A stretch of 64,000 nt of DNA. Source: a virus. This document shows positions 55,329 to 64,000 of the stretch, piece after piece (position 1 is the first letter of the stretch; each line of letters starts with the position of its first letter). The stretch covers positions 1 through 64,000 of the IMG/VR virus record IMGVR_UViG_3300025151_000023. One strand, given 5' to 3'. Below the pieces are notes generated by a model, which saw only the letters and a program-made list of their open reading frames with translations, was not told the origin of the DNA and made no database searches. Position numbers and translations under genes: made by a program.

Positions 55329-58300
55329 TTAAATGCCTTGTTGTGCTATCTCTCCTGTATTTTTAAGTCTCACTGGTATAAAGATAAATTCAACTGCCTT
55401 AGTAGGTTCAATTGCTATATCAACATACAGTTCGTTTCTATCAATCCTAGCCGCTGTGTTGTTAGTTTCATCACATACAACAGCAAAGTCTGTTAAGGCT
55501 CTTTGTGCTGTAAGTTCTAGCATGAATGATTCAACTGCTTGTTTGATTTCATTTCTTGTTAATGAATCATTTGGTTCAAATATGAACGGTCTAGCAATCT
55601 TATCAAGATTTAATCTAACAAATGCTACTAGTCTTGCAACATTCACTCTATCAAGTGCAGAAGCTGTAAGTTGTCTTGTTTTTTGTCCAAAACATACTAA
55701 GCCTGAACCTGTTACAAATGAAATTGGGTTTATATTAACTGAATACAACGAATCTCTAATGCCTTCTGCAATAGCTTGAGTTTCAAATTCGCCTTCGCTG
55801 TTAATGAATCCTACGTTTGATGCGTTGTCAATTGCTCCACGTCTTATACCTGCTGGTGCAAACCATGGAAACGCCACTTGATCGTTAAACGCAATAGTTC
55901 TCATCATCATGTGTGATGGTGGAACAGCAATAGACTCACCAGCTAAACTAGTTGAAAGTCCTGATGGATAGTAAACCCCAGTAAATGAATTTGTTGTTAA
56001 TAAGCCATCTTCGCCATTATCTGCCGCGCCTGCTGTGTTGTTAGCATAGTTTGTGATTGCAGTTGATGTAGGCTCTAATCTAAATGGAGTGTCCCCTAAT
56101 ACAAAAGCAGTTTCTTTTCTATCGCCGTTAAGTTCTTCCAAGTTAGTGATCAACTCTGGATAACCTGGAGCCGCTAACACATTAAATTCACGTTGCTCTT
56201 CTCTAAGTTCCGCAGTTGAAGTTACAGTTGATTTCATTGCTTCAACTATTACAGCTCTTTGTGCCTTTCTACCCATGAACGGAGTTCCGTCATTTTTTAA
56301 ACCTGACTTGGTTACCCAAGCATCAGTTTCAGTTGGTAGTGTAGGATAAGTTGTTGTGCTTGGGAAGTTCGTTCTAGTAAAGTATTTTTTCTTGAACTCC
56401 TTAACATTGTAACCTGAACGTCTTAGGTTGAATCCTAACATTCCTTTTGGATATAGTGCTGGATCTGGCTTGTCAATATCAAGATAAGTTGAAGTTAACA
56501 AGTCTGTGATCAATGTTTCTTTTTGTATAACATCAAGTGTACCACTTGAGTGATATCTAAAGTCAGCAAATAAAATACCATCCTGCGAAGTTTGGTCAGT
56601 GTTATCAATTAACACCCACTCTTGTCCATCGTTTTGTGAAGAATCGTATCTGTAAATTTTTGGATAATTTTCTAAGTCACTAGTGTCTACCCAAAGATCA
56701 CCATCAACAAGTGCTGTGCCATCATCTTGTAATGTTGGCTCAGTAGCTGAAAGAATTGGACCATCTGGATTTGCTAGGCTTAGGTTGAATCCTCTTGCAT
56801 CTGAAGTTACATTTTGATAACCAGTCCATGCACTGCCGTCATGTATTAGGATATCAACTTCATCAACCTGAGTTGCATACCAAAGTTGTCCGTCTTTAGG
56901 ATCTTTAGTTGGTTCTGTTGTGCTTTGGAATGCAGTGAATGAAGTTACACCGGCATCGGGAGCATTTTCAACAGTCTTCCAGCTTGATGCAACAAAGGCA
57001 AATGTTCTTGATGCCTCGTCTGCTGTGCTTGAGCCATCGTTTAAGAAAGTGGATGAATAGTCATCTTTGTCACCTGCAGGTGCAACATACAAGTTCTCAA
57101 TTTTCTCAGTAGTAAGATCTGAGTTACCACCGTATGTGTTTGCTTTTGCAGTGCCAAAACCAATGTCAGCCATTGCTGTACCACTTACATCTGAGAAGTA
57201 AATGTTTCCACCACGTGTGTGTCTTAGTTTAATTCTTTTTGAAGTTGAATCATATTCTGCTTCGACGTTTTCAAATCCTGCCGCCGCAATCGCTGTTACA
57301 AAATCATCTGCATCTTCGCCACCTATTGAAACAGTTTTTTGGTTCAATAAGTTTGCCGCAGTGTTTGAAGTTGCTCCAGTGTTAAGAACAGTCTCTGCCA
57401 TTCTTATTGTGTCACCATCGGAGAAACCAGCCGCTGTTTTTGTAGTAATTTTGTTTGAAATAATTTCAGTAAATCCACCTACGCCAACATTTCTTTTGAA
57501 CACGTTGTAATCAATTAATTCACCAGAGTCTCTAGTAGAATCGTTCCATTCATGTTCTGCTGTATTCACCTGCACAAATAAATCAGTTGTTGCTAAGTTA
57601 ATACCACCACCTGCTTTATCTAATTGTTGTAATGCTTGCTCCTGTGTTTTGAACATAGGACAATCTTGTGTTTCAAATATACCATTTGTTTCTGAATATT
57701 TTTTCACAACAACGTCTGCACCACCGTTTGGTGTAGTAGTTTGGATAAACACCGAACCTGTTGGTTTTGGAGCATCGTCACTTGTTCTAAATCCATGGTC
57801 TTCTGTGTGCTGACCAATGAATACATTTGGTGCCGCATATCTGTTTGCTGTGCCTACACTGATGCCACAATCTGCAAACGGAGTGCCTGACGTGTCTGCA
57901 AGTTCAATAGCCGCTAATGCCAATGTTGATGAATCGTTTCCTGATGCAACTGGAATAGCGTAAAGCTCAAGTTTGCCATCTACTGCTTCTGCACTTACAC
58001 CTTCAATACCAGCATTTTTAATATCTGTAGCAAATTCTGCCGCAGTTGTGCCTGATAGTGTAATTGAGTTGCCATTGACAGTGCAAGTTTCACTAGCTGT
58101 CAGCGTTGGATTGGACACAGTGCCAGTTACTGCCGGATGAGCTGAGGCCCAAGAAGCATCTTTAACTGCACTTCCAGCCGAACCAACTTGTACCCATGTG
58201 TTTGATCTTGTTTTGTAGTACAATCTGTTGTAAGGGGTAGTTGCCACAATCGCGTAATCACCAATTGATCCAAAATCAGTTGTTGGCGCAGTGCCTGTAA

Positions 58301-58808
58301 CAAAGTCAGTGCTTGTAACATATTTTGGTGTTTTGATTGTGAAAGTTTGTGATGTTTTGTTCCACTCTTTGATGCCAAAAGCAGAACTTGAAAGATCTAA
58401 CCAATAAAATCCATCATTAGGTGTGCCACCAGGTGCACCAGCTGTTCCGGATAATTCTGCTGTATCTATGTTTGCTCTGATTACAAACGCACGATTGGCA
58501 ATACCGAGGAAGGAGTAAGCCGCCTGCAAGCCATATTCATTAAGTTCATAACCTTGTATAGGTGTTCCTGATGCATCCGAATAGAACGTCGGATTACCAA
58601 ATGTTTGTGTTAATTCTCTTTGTGATGATATTAAAAATATTTCGTTAGCATTGGTGCTCAACGTTCCTGACGCTGTACCTGTGCCTGTGCCGGATGTTTT
58701 GTTTTGGGAAGTAGCCACTACAACTAGTGGTACTGCTCCTGGGATACCTGGCACGTAGAATGATTCGTCTACTACGGTAACCTCTACTCCTGGTGATATT
58801 AAAGCCAT
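55329..58808 (-). CDS. contractile tail sheath protein (gp18-like) with large insertion
   Basis: ISPGVEV..VDES, FG.P, PPSH, WFAPAG..RG, INPI, LDRVNVARL, EFIFIP. Confidence 0.93.
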   Translation of the reverse strand: MALISPGVEVTVVDESFYVPGIPGAVPLVVVATSQNKTSGTGTGTASGTLSTNANEIFLISSQRELTQTFGNPTFYSDASGTPIQGYELNEYGLQAAYSFLGIANRAFVIRANIDTAELSGTAGAPGGTPNDGFYWLDLSSSAFGIKEWNKTSQTFTIKTPKYVTSTDFVTGTAPTTDFGSIGDYAIVATTPYNRLYYKTRSNTWVQVGSAGSAVKDASWASAHPAVTGTVSNPTLTASETCTVNGNSITLSGTTAAEFATDIKNAGIEGVSAEAVDGKLELYAIPVASGNDSSTLALAAIELADTSGTPFADCGISVGTANRYAAPNVFIGQHTEDHGFRTSDDAPKPTGSVFIQTTTPNGGADVVVKKYSETNGIFETQDCPMFKTQEQALQQLDKAGGGINLATTDLFVQVNTAEHEWNDSTRDSGELIDYNVFKRNVGVGGFTEIISNKITTKTAAGFSDGDTIRMAETVLNTGATSNTAANLLNQKTVSIGGEDADDFVTAIAAAGFENVEAEYDSTSKRIKLRHTRGGNIYFSDVSGTAMADIGFGTAKANTYGGNSDLTTEKIENLYVAPAGDKDDYSSTFLNDGSSTADEASRTFAFVASSWKTVENAPDAGVTSFTAFQSTTEPTKDPKDGQLWYATQVDEVDILIHDGSAWTGYQNVTSDARGFNLSLANPDGPILSATEPTLQDDGTALVDGDLWVDTSDLENYPKIYRYDSSQNDGQEWVLIDNTDQTSQDGILFADFRYHSSGTLDVIQKETLITDLLTSTYLDIDKPDPALYPKGMLGFNLRRSGYNVKEFKKKYFTRTNFPSTTTYPTLPTETDAWVTKSGLKNDGTPFMGRKAQRAVIVEAMKSTVTSTAELREEQREFNVLAAPGYPELITNLEELNGDRKETAFVLGDTPFRLEPTSTAITNYANNTAGAADNGEDGLLTTNSFTGVYYPSGLSTSLAGESIAVPPSHMMMRTIAFNDQVAFPWFAPAGIRRGAIDNASNVGFINSEGEFETQAIAEGIRDSLYSVNINPISFVTGSGLVCFGQKTRQLTASALDRVNVARLVAFVRLNLDKIARPFIFEPNDSLTRNEIKQAVESFMLELTAQRALTDFAVVCDETNNTAARIDRNELYVDIAIEPTKAVEFIFIPVRLKNTGEIAQQGI

Positions 58809-58905
58809 TTTGTTTACTCCTTTGTAAGTTGTTAATATTTACCTGTCTACTGATAAATTATCCATATTTTTTAAAGGGGTCGGAAAGGCACGTATAAATA
58901 TATGC

Positions 58906-59271
58906 GTGTTTAATGGAACAAATCATACAAGACCATTGTGTCAAGAGTGCAATAGTAAGCCTGCCGCCTACAATTATCGCCGTGGCGACAAAATATATTA
59001 TAGAAAGAAGTGTGACTCCTGCATTAGAAAAACACATTCGTCAACTATTACTACACCAGCATGGCAACGAGCTGGATATGTCAAAGGTAAGTCATGTGAA
59101 ATGTGTGGGTTCACTGCACAACATCCATATCAATTAGATGTGTATTATGTTGATGCTAACATGAACAACAATGTGCCTAGCAATTTAAAGACGGTTTGTG
59201 CAAATTGTAACAGATTGCTACATGTAAAGAAACGTGGATGGCGTCAAGGTGGTCTTACAGCAGATCGTTAA
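58906..59271 (+). CDS. HNH-like zinc-binding protein
   Basis: CQEC, CDSC, CEMCG, NLKTVCANC; TATAAATA-5nt-GTG. Confidence 0.7.
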   Translation: MFNGTNHTRPLCQECNSKPAAYNYRRGDKIYYRKKCDSCIRKTHSSTITTPAWQRAGYVKGKSCEMCGFTAQHPYQLDVYYVDANMNNNVPSNLKTVCANCNRLLHVKKRGWRQGGLTADR

Positions 59272-59842
59272 TTTGTTTGTGTAGGTCTGCAATAGTACCA
59301 TCATTTTTAATTGTGTTATTAAAATCGATGTTTGCCCATTTCCATTCAGAAGGATGTACATTTGTTGGTTCAGTGCCATTTCGCCTGTATCCTGTGAACC
59401 AGTCGGGATCTGGGCCACGTGCAACTCTCCACATGCGGCCGCCAAGCTCTTTAATTAGTTTGTCTTCATGTGTAAATCTAACATCTGCAATTACATAGTT
59501 TGTATTGGGATTATCAATTATTGTTTTCTTTAACAATATAGTCCAGGTGTGTATGTGAAATCCATCTCTCACCTCTGTGCCAAACTTTTGTAGCACATAT
59601 CTTGGTGTGACATCGAAACCTAGTTCTTTTGACCAAAATTTATCTGGTATTTCTCTCCATTTTCTGCTTTCGTCAGTGTCCCCCTCCAGCAGGTCACGTG
59701 GCCATTCAAATATTGCGGCTACACCGTCTTTAAGTTTATCTGCAAATTTAACACTTCTGAAGTTGTGATTGTTTATTAAATGATTTGCTACAGTGTCTTT
59801 GCCAGACCCTATCAGGCCAGCTATTCCTATAATTTTACGCAT
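59255..59842 (-). CDS. deoxynucleoside monophosphate kinase (T4 gp1-like)
   Basis: GLIGSGKDT, FADKLKD, TPR.VLQ.FGTE, DVRF..E. Confidence 0.9.
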   Translation of the reverse strand: MRKIIGIAGLIGSGKDTVANHLINNHNFRSVKFADKLKDGVAAIFEWPRDLLEGDTDESRKWREIPDKFWSKELGFDVTPRYVLQKFGTEVRDGFHIHTWTILLKKTIIDNPNTNYVIADVRFTHEDKLIKELGGRMWRVARGPDPDWFTGYRRNGTEPTNVHPSEWKWANIDFNNTIKNDGTIADLHKQINDLL

Positions 59843-59976
59843 CCGCCTCCGATTTGTCCGGTGCATTCTAGCCCATGCACGAAAAATCTTCTAGGTATAT
59901 CGTGTTCAAACATTGCATAAGCAACAATGCCACAACAGACAACTGCTATTATAATCGCCATTACATGTGTTCTCAT
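59827..59976 (-). CDS. 49-aa membrane peptide (not in ORF track)
   Basis: MRTHVMAIIIAVVCCGIVAYAMF...; ATGA overlap with the upstream gene. Confidence 0.5.
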   Translation of the reverse strand: MRTHVMAIIIAVVCCGIVAYAMFEHDIPRRFFVHGLECTGQIGGGCVKL

Positions 59977-60320
59977 TCATGCTCTCCACCTGGATCACCT
60001 GCAGGCAATTCGGTCTTTTTGCCATTTATCCACACAGCGCCTCTGGCTCTGTTGACAGAGTGATAGCCCCATGAGTATGAACTTTTAGTGAGCGTAAATG
60101 TTATCACAGTGGTAAAGATAGCAAGTAAAAGTATGAAGTGTCCAATTACTGTGATTCCAAACACAAACCAAGAACCAAAATATAACGAAAATGTAATACA
60201 CCACATCCATGCAAGTATTTGCAGTATGAGATGTCTAACGTTTTGATCAGGTATGTGTTTGAGTGGATTTCTATCGGCATTCATTATGCCATTCCAGGCA
60301 TCATGTATAAATTCTCGCAT
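59973..60320 (-). CDS. membrane protein
   Basis: W..IM....NPLKHIPD, two TM helices, DPGGEHE. Confidence 0.7.
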   Translation of the reverse strand: MREFIHDAWNGIMNADRNPLKHIPDQNVRHLILQILAWMWCITFSLYFGSWFVFGITVIGHFILLLAIFTTVITFTLTKSSYSWGYHSVNRARGAVWINGKKTELPAGDPGGEHE

Positions 60321-60346
60321 ACACACACTATATTATATTAATATTG

Positions 60347-61393
60347 TTATGTCAAATCTTTATATAAATTATTATCCAGATTGTATTTCCAATTGGCGCC
60401 ACTATCTAATAACTGATTTGTAATTTTACTGTACTGCTCGACTATTCTGTTAATATTTTGCTCATCTGGAAAAACAAAACTATCTTGCTCATCTTCATCT
60501 TGTAAAATTTTTCTCATGCTGGTTAACCTTTTGATAGCATGAATGTGTTCAGCAGTTTGCTCACCAACTTCAAGTATTGTCTTTCTAAGCTCTGTAAGTG
60601 TATTAGCTGACTTTTCAAAAATAACTTTGCTTTCAAACCCGGTCTTGCCGTCCAGCCCAATCTCCCAACTATTGATAATGTCTGCGTATTTTGGATTCAG
60701 TTTGTTCAAACATTTACATAGCTTCTTTCTTTGTAACATAAGCTCGGTGTACCTGCGTGCTGAATGTTGCTGTTTGTCTTGTTTACTCCATGGCCTGCCC
60801 AAATATGACAAAGTTATTTCTAAGGCTTTTTTAATTTCATCTCTAGTATGCATGTTGGATCTAACAACAACATGTGGCAAATTCTCTATTAGTTTTTCCA
60901 TTTTGTCATCATAATATTTGCTTTTCATTTTTTGCAACCACGGGTAGTACCAATAGTACACTTTCTCGAGATCATTGTCTTTGTATGCTGTTACAATCTT
61001 TTTATCAATAAAAGAGTTGCCTGTGAAAGCATCAGACCATTTGGCTTGCTCTTTTCTGTTGAATTTGCTATTAGTAAACATCCAATTTTTGGATTTGCCA
61101 AGATTAAGTCTTAGTTTAAGTAATCTCTTTTTTGCCCATATGGTTGTGTCAGGATTTGTTAGCCAAATTATCTTCCTGTTTTTTGCATTTGTAAATGCAT
61201 CTTCTTCCCATGGCACATGTACTTTGATGCATCTACTTCCGTTCCTGGCAAATTTCCAAGTAAAATCATTTGATTCTATTGCAGTGCCATTTGAATTAAT
61301 AGTAGGTTCTACTCCGTTCAACATGTAGTTGATCATAGACATGAGAAAGTCACCGCCTTCGCCACCTTGCCATGCAAAAAAATAATGGATCAA
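60347..61393 (-). CDS. hypothetical protein, possible P-loop/sulfotransferase-like
   Basis: N-terminal WQGGEGGDF. Confidence 0.55.
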   Translation of the reverse strand: MIHYFFAWQGGEGGDFLMSMINYMLNGVEPTINSNGTAIESNDFTWKFARNGSRCIKVHVPWEEDAFTNAKNRKIIWLTNPDTTIWAKKRLLKLRLNLGKSKNWMFTNSKFNRKEQAKWSDAFTGNSFIDKKIVTAYKDNDLEKVYYWYYPWLQKMKSKYYDDKMEKLIENLPHVVVRSNMHTRDEIKKALEITLSYLGRPWSKQDKQQHSARRYTELMLQRKKLCKCLNKLNPKYADIINSWEIGLDGKTGFESKVIFEKSANTLTELRKTILEVGEQTAEHIHAIKRLTSMRKILQDEDEQDSFVFPDEQNINRIVEQYSKITNQLLDSGANWKYNLDNNLYKDLT

Positions 61394-61397
61394 AAAT

Positions 61398-62183
61398 TTA
61401 TCCTATATGGAATGATAAAGGAGTGCCGCCTTCAGCGTAGTTGCCAATTTCTTGTTCTAGTTTGGTCATTTCATTGATGCCTTCGTTTTTCAAAGTATCA
61501 CCATTTAGACTTGCTCCACCTTGTGGTCCAGCAATAGTTTGAAATTTTGATCTAGCTTCACCAAGTGTCATTTTAGATACAGCAAGAGTGTATTCTCTAA
61601 TCCACGGTTTTGCGTAAATGTCACTTAGCAATATAAAGTCTGGACGATAATTATATTGTTCTATAAGCACAGTTTCGAGAGACCTTTGTCTTCTAAAAAT
61701 GCTTAATCTTCTAGTTGGTTGATCATATTTAAAATTAATAAACCCGCCAAACATTCTTGCAACTAATTCTTGATATCCAGCAAACATGTTATATGTTGCT
61801 AAGCCACCTATTCTACCTGTTTGTAGTAGATACACATTAGTATATGCAAGTTCAAAGGGATCAAACACTGTGCCACCTTCTGAAGAAGAAGCGCCGCCTA
61901 CTGTTCTTCTGTAAATTTTGCTTACATGTGTGACTTCTGCAGGCATTGTATATTCTGTTTGATCTTCTTGTAATTCTAAAAATCCATAAGATTCTTCTAC
62001 TGAATTAGATGATCTTTGCCTAAATTTGTCAACAGCAGAAGTAAAAGCCATTTGTAAATGCTTTGGATCTAATTCGACCTCGATCATGCCGTCGCCTAAT
62101 CTGGTTTTTACATAATCAAATATTTCCTGCTTTGCCGCATTTACTTGTGCGTCTGTAGTAGCTGAGAGTCCTGTGTCTGGCAT
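61398..62183 (-). CDS. neck protein (gp13-like; start revised to 62183)
   Basis: RLGDGMIEVEL, WIREYTLA..K..LGEARSKF..I.GP.GG..LNG; TATAAATA-5nt-ATG. Confidence 0.85.
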   Translation of the reverse strand: MPDTGLSATTDAQVNAAKQEIFDYVKTRLGDGMIEVELDPKHLQMAFTSAVDKFRQRSSNSVEESYGFLELQEDQTEYTMPAEVTHVSKIYRRTVGGASSSEGGTVFDPFELAYTNVYLLQTGRIGGLATYNMFAGYQELVARMFGGFINFKYDQPTRRLSIFRRQRSLETVLIEQYNYRPDFILLSDIYAKPWIREYTLAVSKMTLGEARSKFQTIAGPQGGASLNGDTLKNEGINEMTKLEQEIGNYAEGGTPLSFHIG

Positions 62184-62188
62184 ATGTG

Positions 62189-62208
62189 TATTTATAGAAC
62201 CATAAATA
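62189..62208. promoter_or_regulatory. back-to-back T4-type late promoters
   Basis: TATAAATA (minus, 62189-62196) and TAAATA (plus, 62203-62208), each 5-6 nt from an ATG. Confidence 0.75.
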
Positions 62209-62214
62209 TGTAAA

Positions 62215-63366
62215 ATGCCAAGACTGTCTTTATATAAACCAGAAAAAGGTAATGATTTCGCCTTCCAAGATCGTAACATTTCTGAAGCGTTTCAAGTGGG
62301 CGGCACAGATGCGTATATCCACAAGTACATGGGTCCTGTTGATCAAGGTGGTGATGATAAAACACAGCCACAAAGATCAGGTGATTCATTAAACGAACTG
62401 GCTATACAAGATATGCTGTTTCTTGAAAACAGAGACCGCAGGTATGATCCAGATGTATATCACACAAGAACAATTTATAATGTAAGTGATATAGATTTTG
62501 ATCTTACACAGTTTGGTATGTTTTTACAAAATGATCAAGTATTTTTTACATTCCATATTAAAGATATAGTTGATATTTTAGGTAGAAAAATTATGTCAGG
62601 TGATGTAATTGAACTGCCACATTTAAAAGATGAATATTCACTAGATGAAACTGACACAGAAGTATTAAAAAGATATTATGTAGTAGAAGATGTATCACGT
62701 GCGGCAGAAGGGTTTTCAAAAACATGGTGGCCACATTTATACAGAGTAAGGTGTAAGGGCATAACAGACGCACAAGAATACAGAGATATATTAGGCGATA
62801 AAACAGAAAATACTGCACAAAAAACACGTGATAAAGAACTTGAGATCAATGATGCAGTTGTTGATCAAGCAGAAGTAGAAGCACCTGAATCAGGCTACAA
62901 CACAAAACAATATCATGTAATGCCTACAGACGAAGAAGGCAAAGTTGCATTGGTGACTGTTGACGATGAAGATTTAAAGGTTGACACAGGACATCTCAAC
63001 GTTGATGCTGTGTATCAAACTCCAGGAGCAAATGGTTGGATAGAAGGATATTTGACTGCTGATGGACTGCCAGCAAATGGCGAAACATATTCGTTTGGTA
63101 CATCATGGCCAACTAAACCGATTGAAGGCATGTTCTTTTTGCGTACAGATTACACACCGAACAGATTATTTAGATATGATGGTAGACGTTTTGTTAAGAT
63201 CGAAGATGATGTGAGAGTAACCATGACACAAACTGACACTCGTAACACAAGTAAAACTTCATTTATTAACAACAGTAACACAACAACAAGTGCCTCAGAT
63301 GGGTCAACTACTACACCAGAACGTGTTGCACTTAGTAAATTACTTAAACCACAGGCGGACAACTAA
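62215..63366 (+). CDS. neck/head-closure protein (gp14-like)
   Basis: IQD.LFLENRDR.YD, L.QFG, GDVIELP, WWPHL.R. Confidence 0.75.
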   Translation: MPRLSLYKPEKGNDFAFQDRNISEAFQVGGTDAYIHKYMGPVDQGGDDKTQPQRSGDSLNELAIQDMLFLENRDRRYDPDVYHTRTIYNVSDIDFDLTQFGMFLQNDQVFFTFHIKDIVDILGRKIMSGDVIELPHLKDEYSLDETDTEVLKRYYVVEDVSRAAEGFSKTWWPHLYRVRCKGITDAQEYRDILGDKTENTAQKTRDKELEINDAVVDQAEVEAPESGYNTKQYHVMPTDEEGKVALVTVDDEDLKVDTGHLNVDAVYQTPGANGWIEGYLTADGLPANGETYSFGTSWPTKPIEGMFFLRTDYTPNRLFRYDGRRFVKIEDDVRVTMTQTDTRNTSKTSFINNSNTTTSASDGSTTTPERVALSKLLKPQADN

Positions 63367-64000
63367 TGCAACATTTTTATGACGCACAGATAAGAAGATA
63401 TATTTTGCAGTTTATTAGAATGATGTCTAACTTTACATACGTAACAGGACAGAATTCAAAAGGTGTATCAGAAACGTTGCAAGTGCCTGTCAAATACGGA
63501 GACATGAGTAGACAGGTTGCACACATTATTAAAAAAGGTTCGGAAAACACACTAATACCTGCTCCGCAAGTTTCTGTGTACATCACTGGATTAGGCTATG
63601 ACAGACCGAGAATGCAAAATCCATATCACATAGATAAAAAACATATTCGTGAAAGAGAATTTGATACTTCAACATCAGAATATACAGGTGCGCCAGGACA
63701 AGCACACACTATTGAAAGAATCATGCCTACGCCTTTTCAGATTACTTGGAAAGCTGATATATTTTGCACAAACACAGATCAAAAATTACAAATACTTGAA
63801 CAAATACTTGTGTTGTTCAATCCTGCTTTGGAATTACAAACTACTGATAATTTTTTAGACTGGACATCATTAAGCTACGTAGAACTGACTGATGTTAATT
63901 TTACTTCACGTGTGATACCACAAGGCATTGCAGATGAACTCGACGTTGCATCGTTGACGTTTACAACACCAATTTGGTTATCGCCTCCAGCCAAACTTAA
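63366..64000 (+). CDS. tail sheath stabiliser/terminator (gp15-like), partial (not in ORF track)
   Basis: MQHFYDAQIRRYILQF...VPVKYG...YDRPR; TAATG overlap; runs off window end. Confidence 0.8.
   Translation, partial: MQHFYDAQIRRYILQFIRMMSNFTYVTGQNSKGVSETLQVPVKYGDMSRQVAHIIKKGSENTLIPAPQVSVYITGLGYDRPRMQNPYHIDKKHIREREFDTSTSEYTGAPGQAHTIERIMPTPFQITWKADIFCTNTDQKLQILEQILVLFNPALELQTTDNFLDWTSLSYVELTDVNFTSRVIPQGIADELDVASLTFTTPIWLSPPAKL

Noticed and set aside
55333-58378. Antisense or alternate-frame ORFs over the sheath (and similar short shadow ORFs elsewhere)
   Set aside because: They are shadows of strongly biased coding sequence, with no motifs, SD or promoters.

Overview
This window is a 64-kb slice of a large, AT-rich T4-like myophage genome (Caudoviricetes), read in the standard genetic code. 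The host is probably a marine alphaproteobacterium, because bS21, FdxA, the GcrA domain, zf-CHCC and the BMP-family binding protein all look alphaproteobacterial. From left to right: (1) 1-5 kb is a compositionally distinct, GC-richer region with a sharp G/C skew switch near 2.55 kb, inverted CGTAGCGAWGCCGC motifs, an unannotated two-EF-hand protein, an AAA+ ATPase, a GcrA C-terminal-domain protein and many tiny membrane peptides. (2) A replication module holds two different minimal family-C (DnaE) polymerase genes, helicase, primase, a gp62-like subunit, UvsW, bS21 and kdsA. (3) A ~17-kb glycan-biosynthesis island carries four KpsC/KpsS-like putative Kdo-transferases, GT-A/GT8/GT25 enzymes, ColD, an epimerase, FkbM, a sulfotransferase, AsnB and SGNH proteins. 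(4) A tRNA cluster includes an aberrant long-anticodon-arm tRNA followed by a compact structured RNA. (5) UvsY, UvsX and SSB. (6) Terminase, head-completion, tail tube and sheath, dNMP kinase and neck genes. The leading hypotheses are a phage-encoded Kdo/colitose-type virion O-glycosylation system with D-S-T-like sequons in structural proteins, widespread leaderless translation directly behind TAAATA/TATAAT promoters, and an atypical tRNA plus RNA element. All annotations come from motif recognition by eye; no database searches were run.
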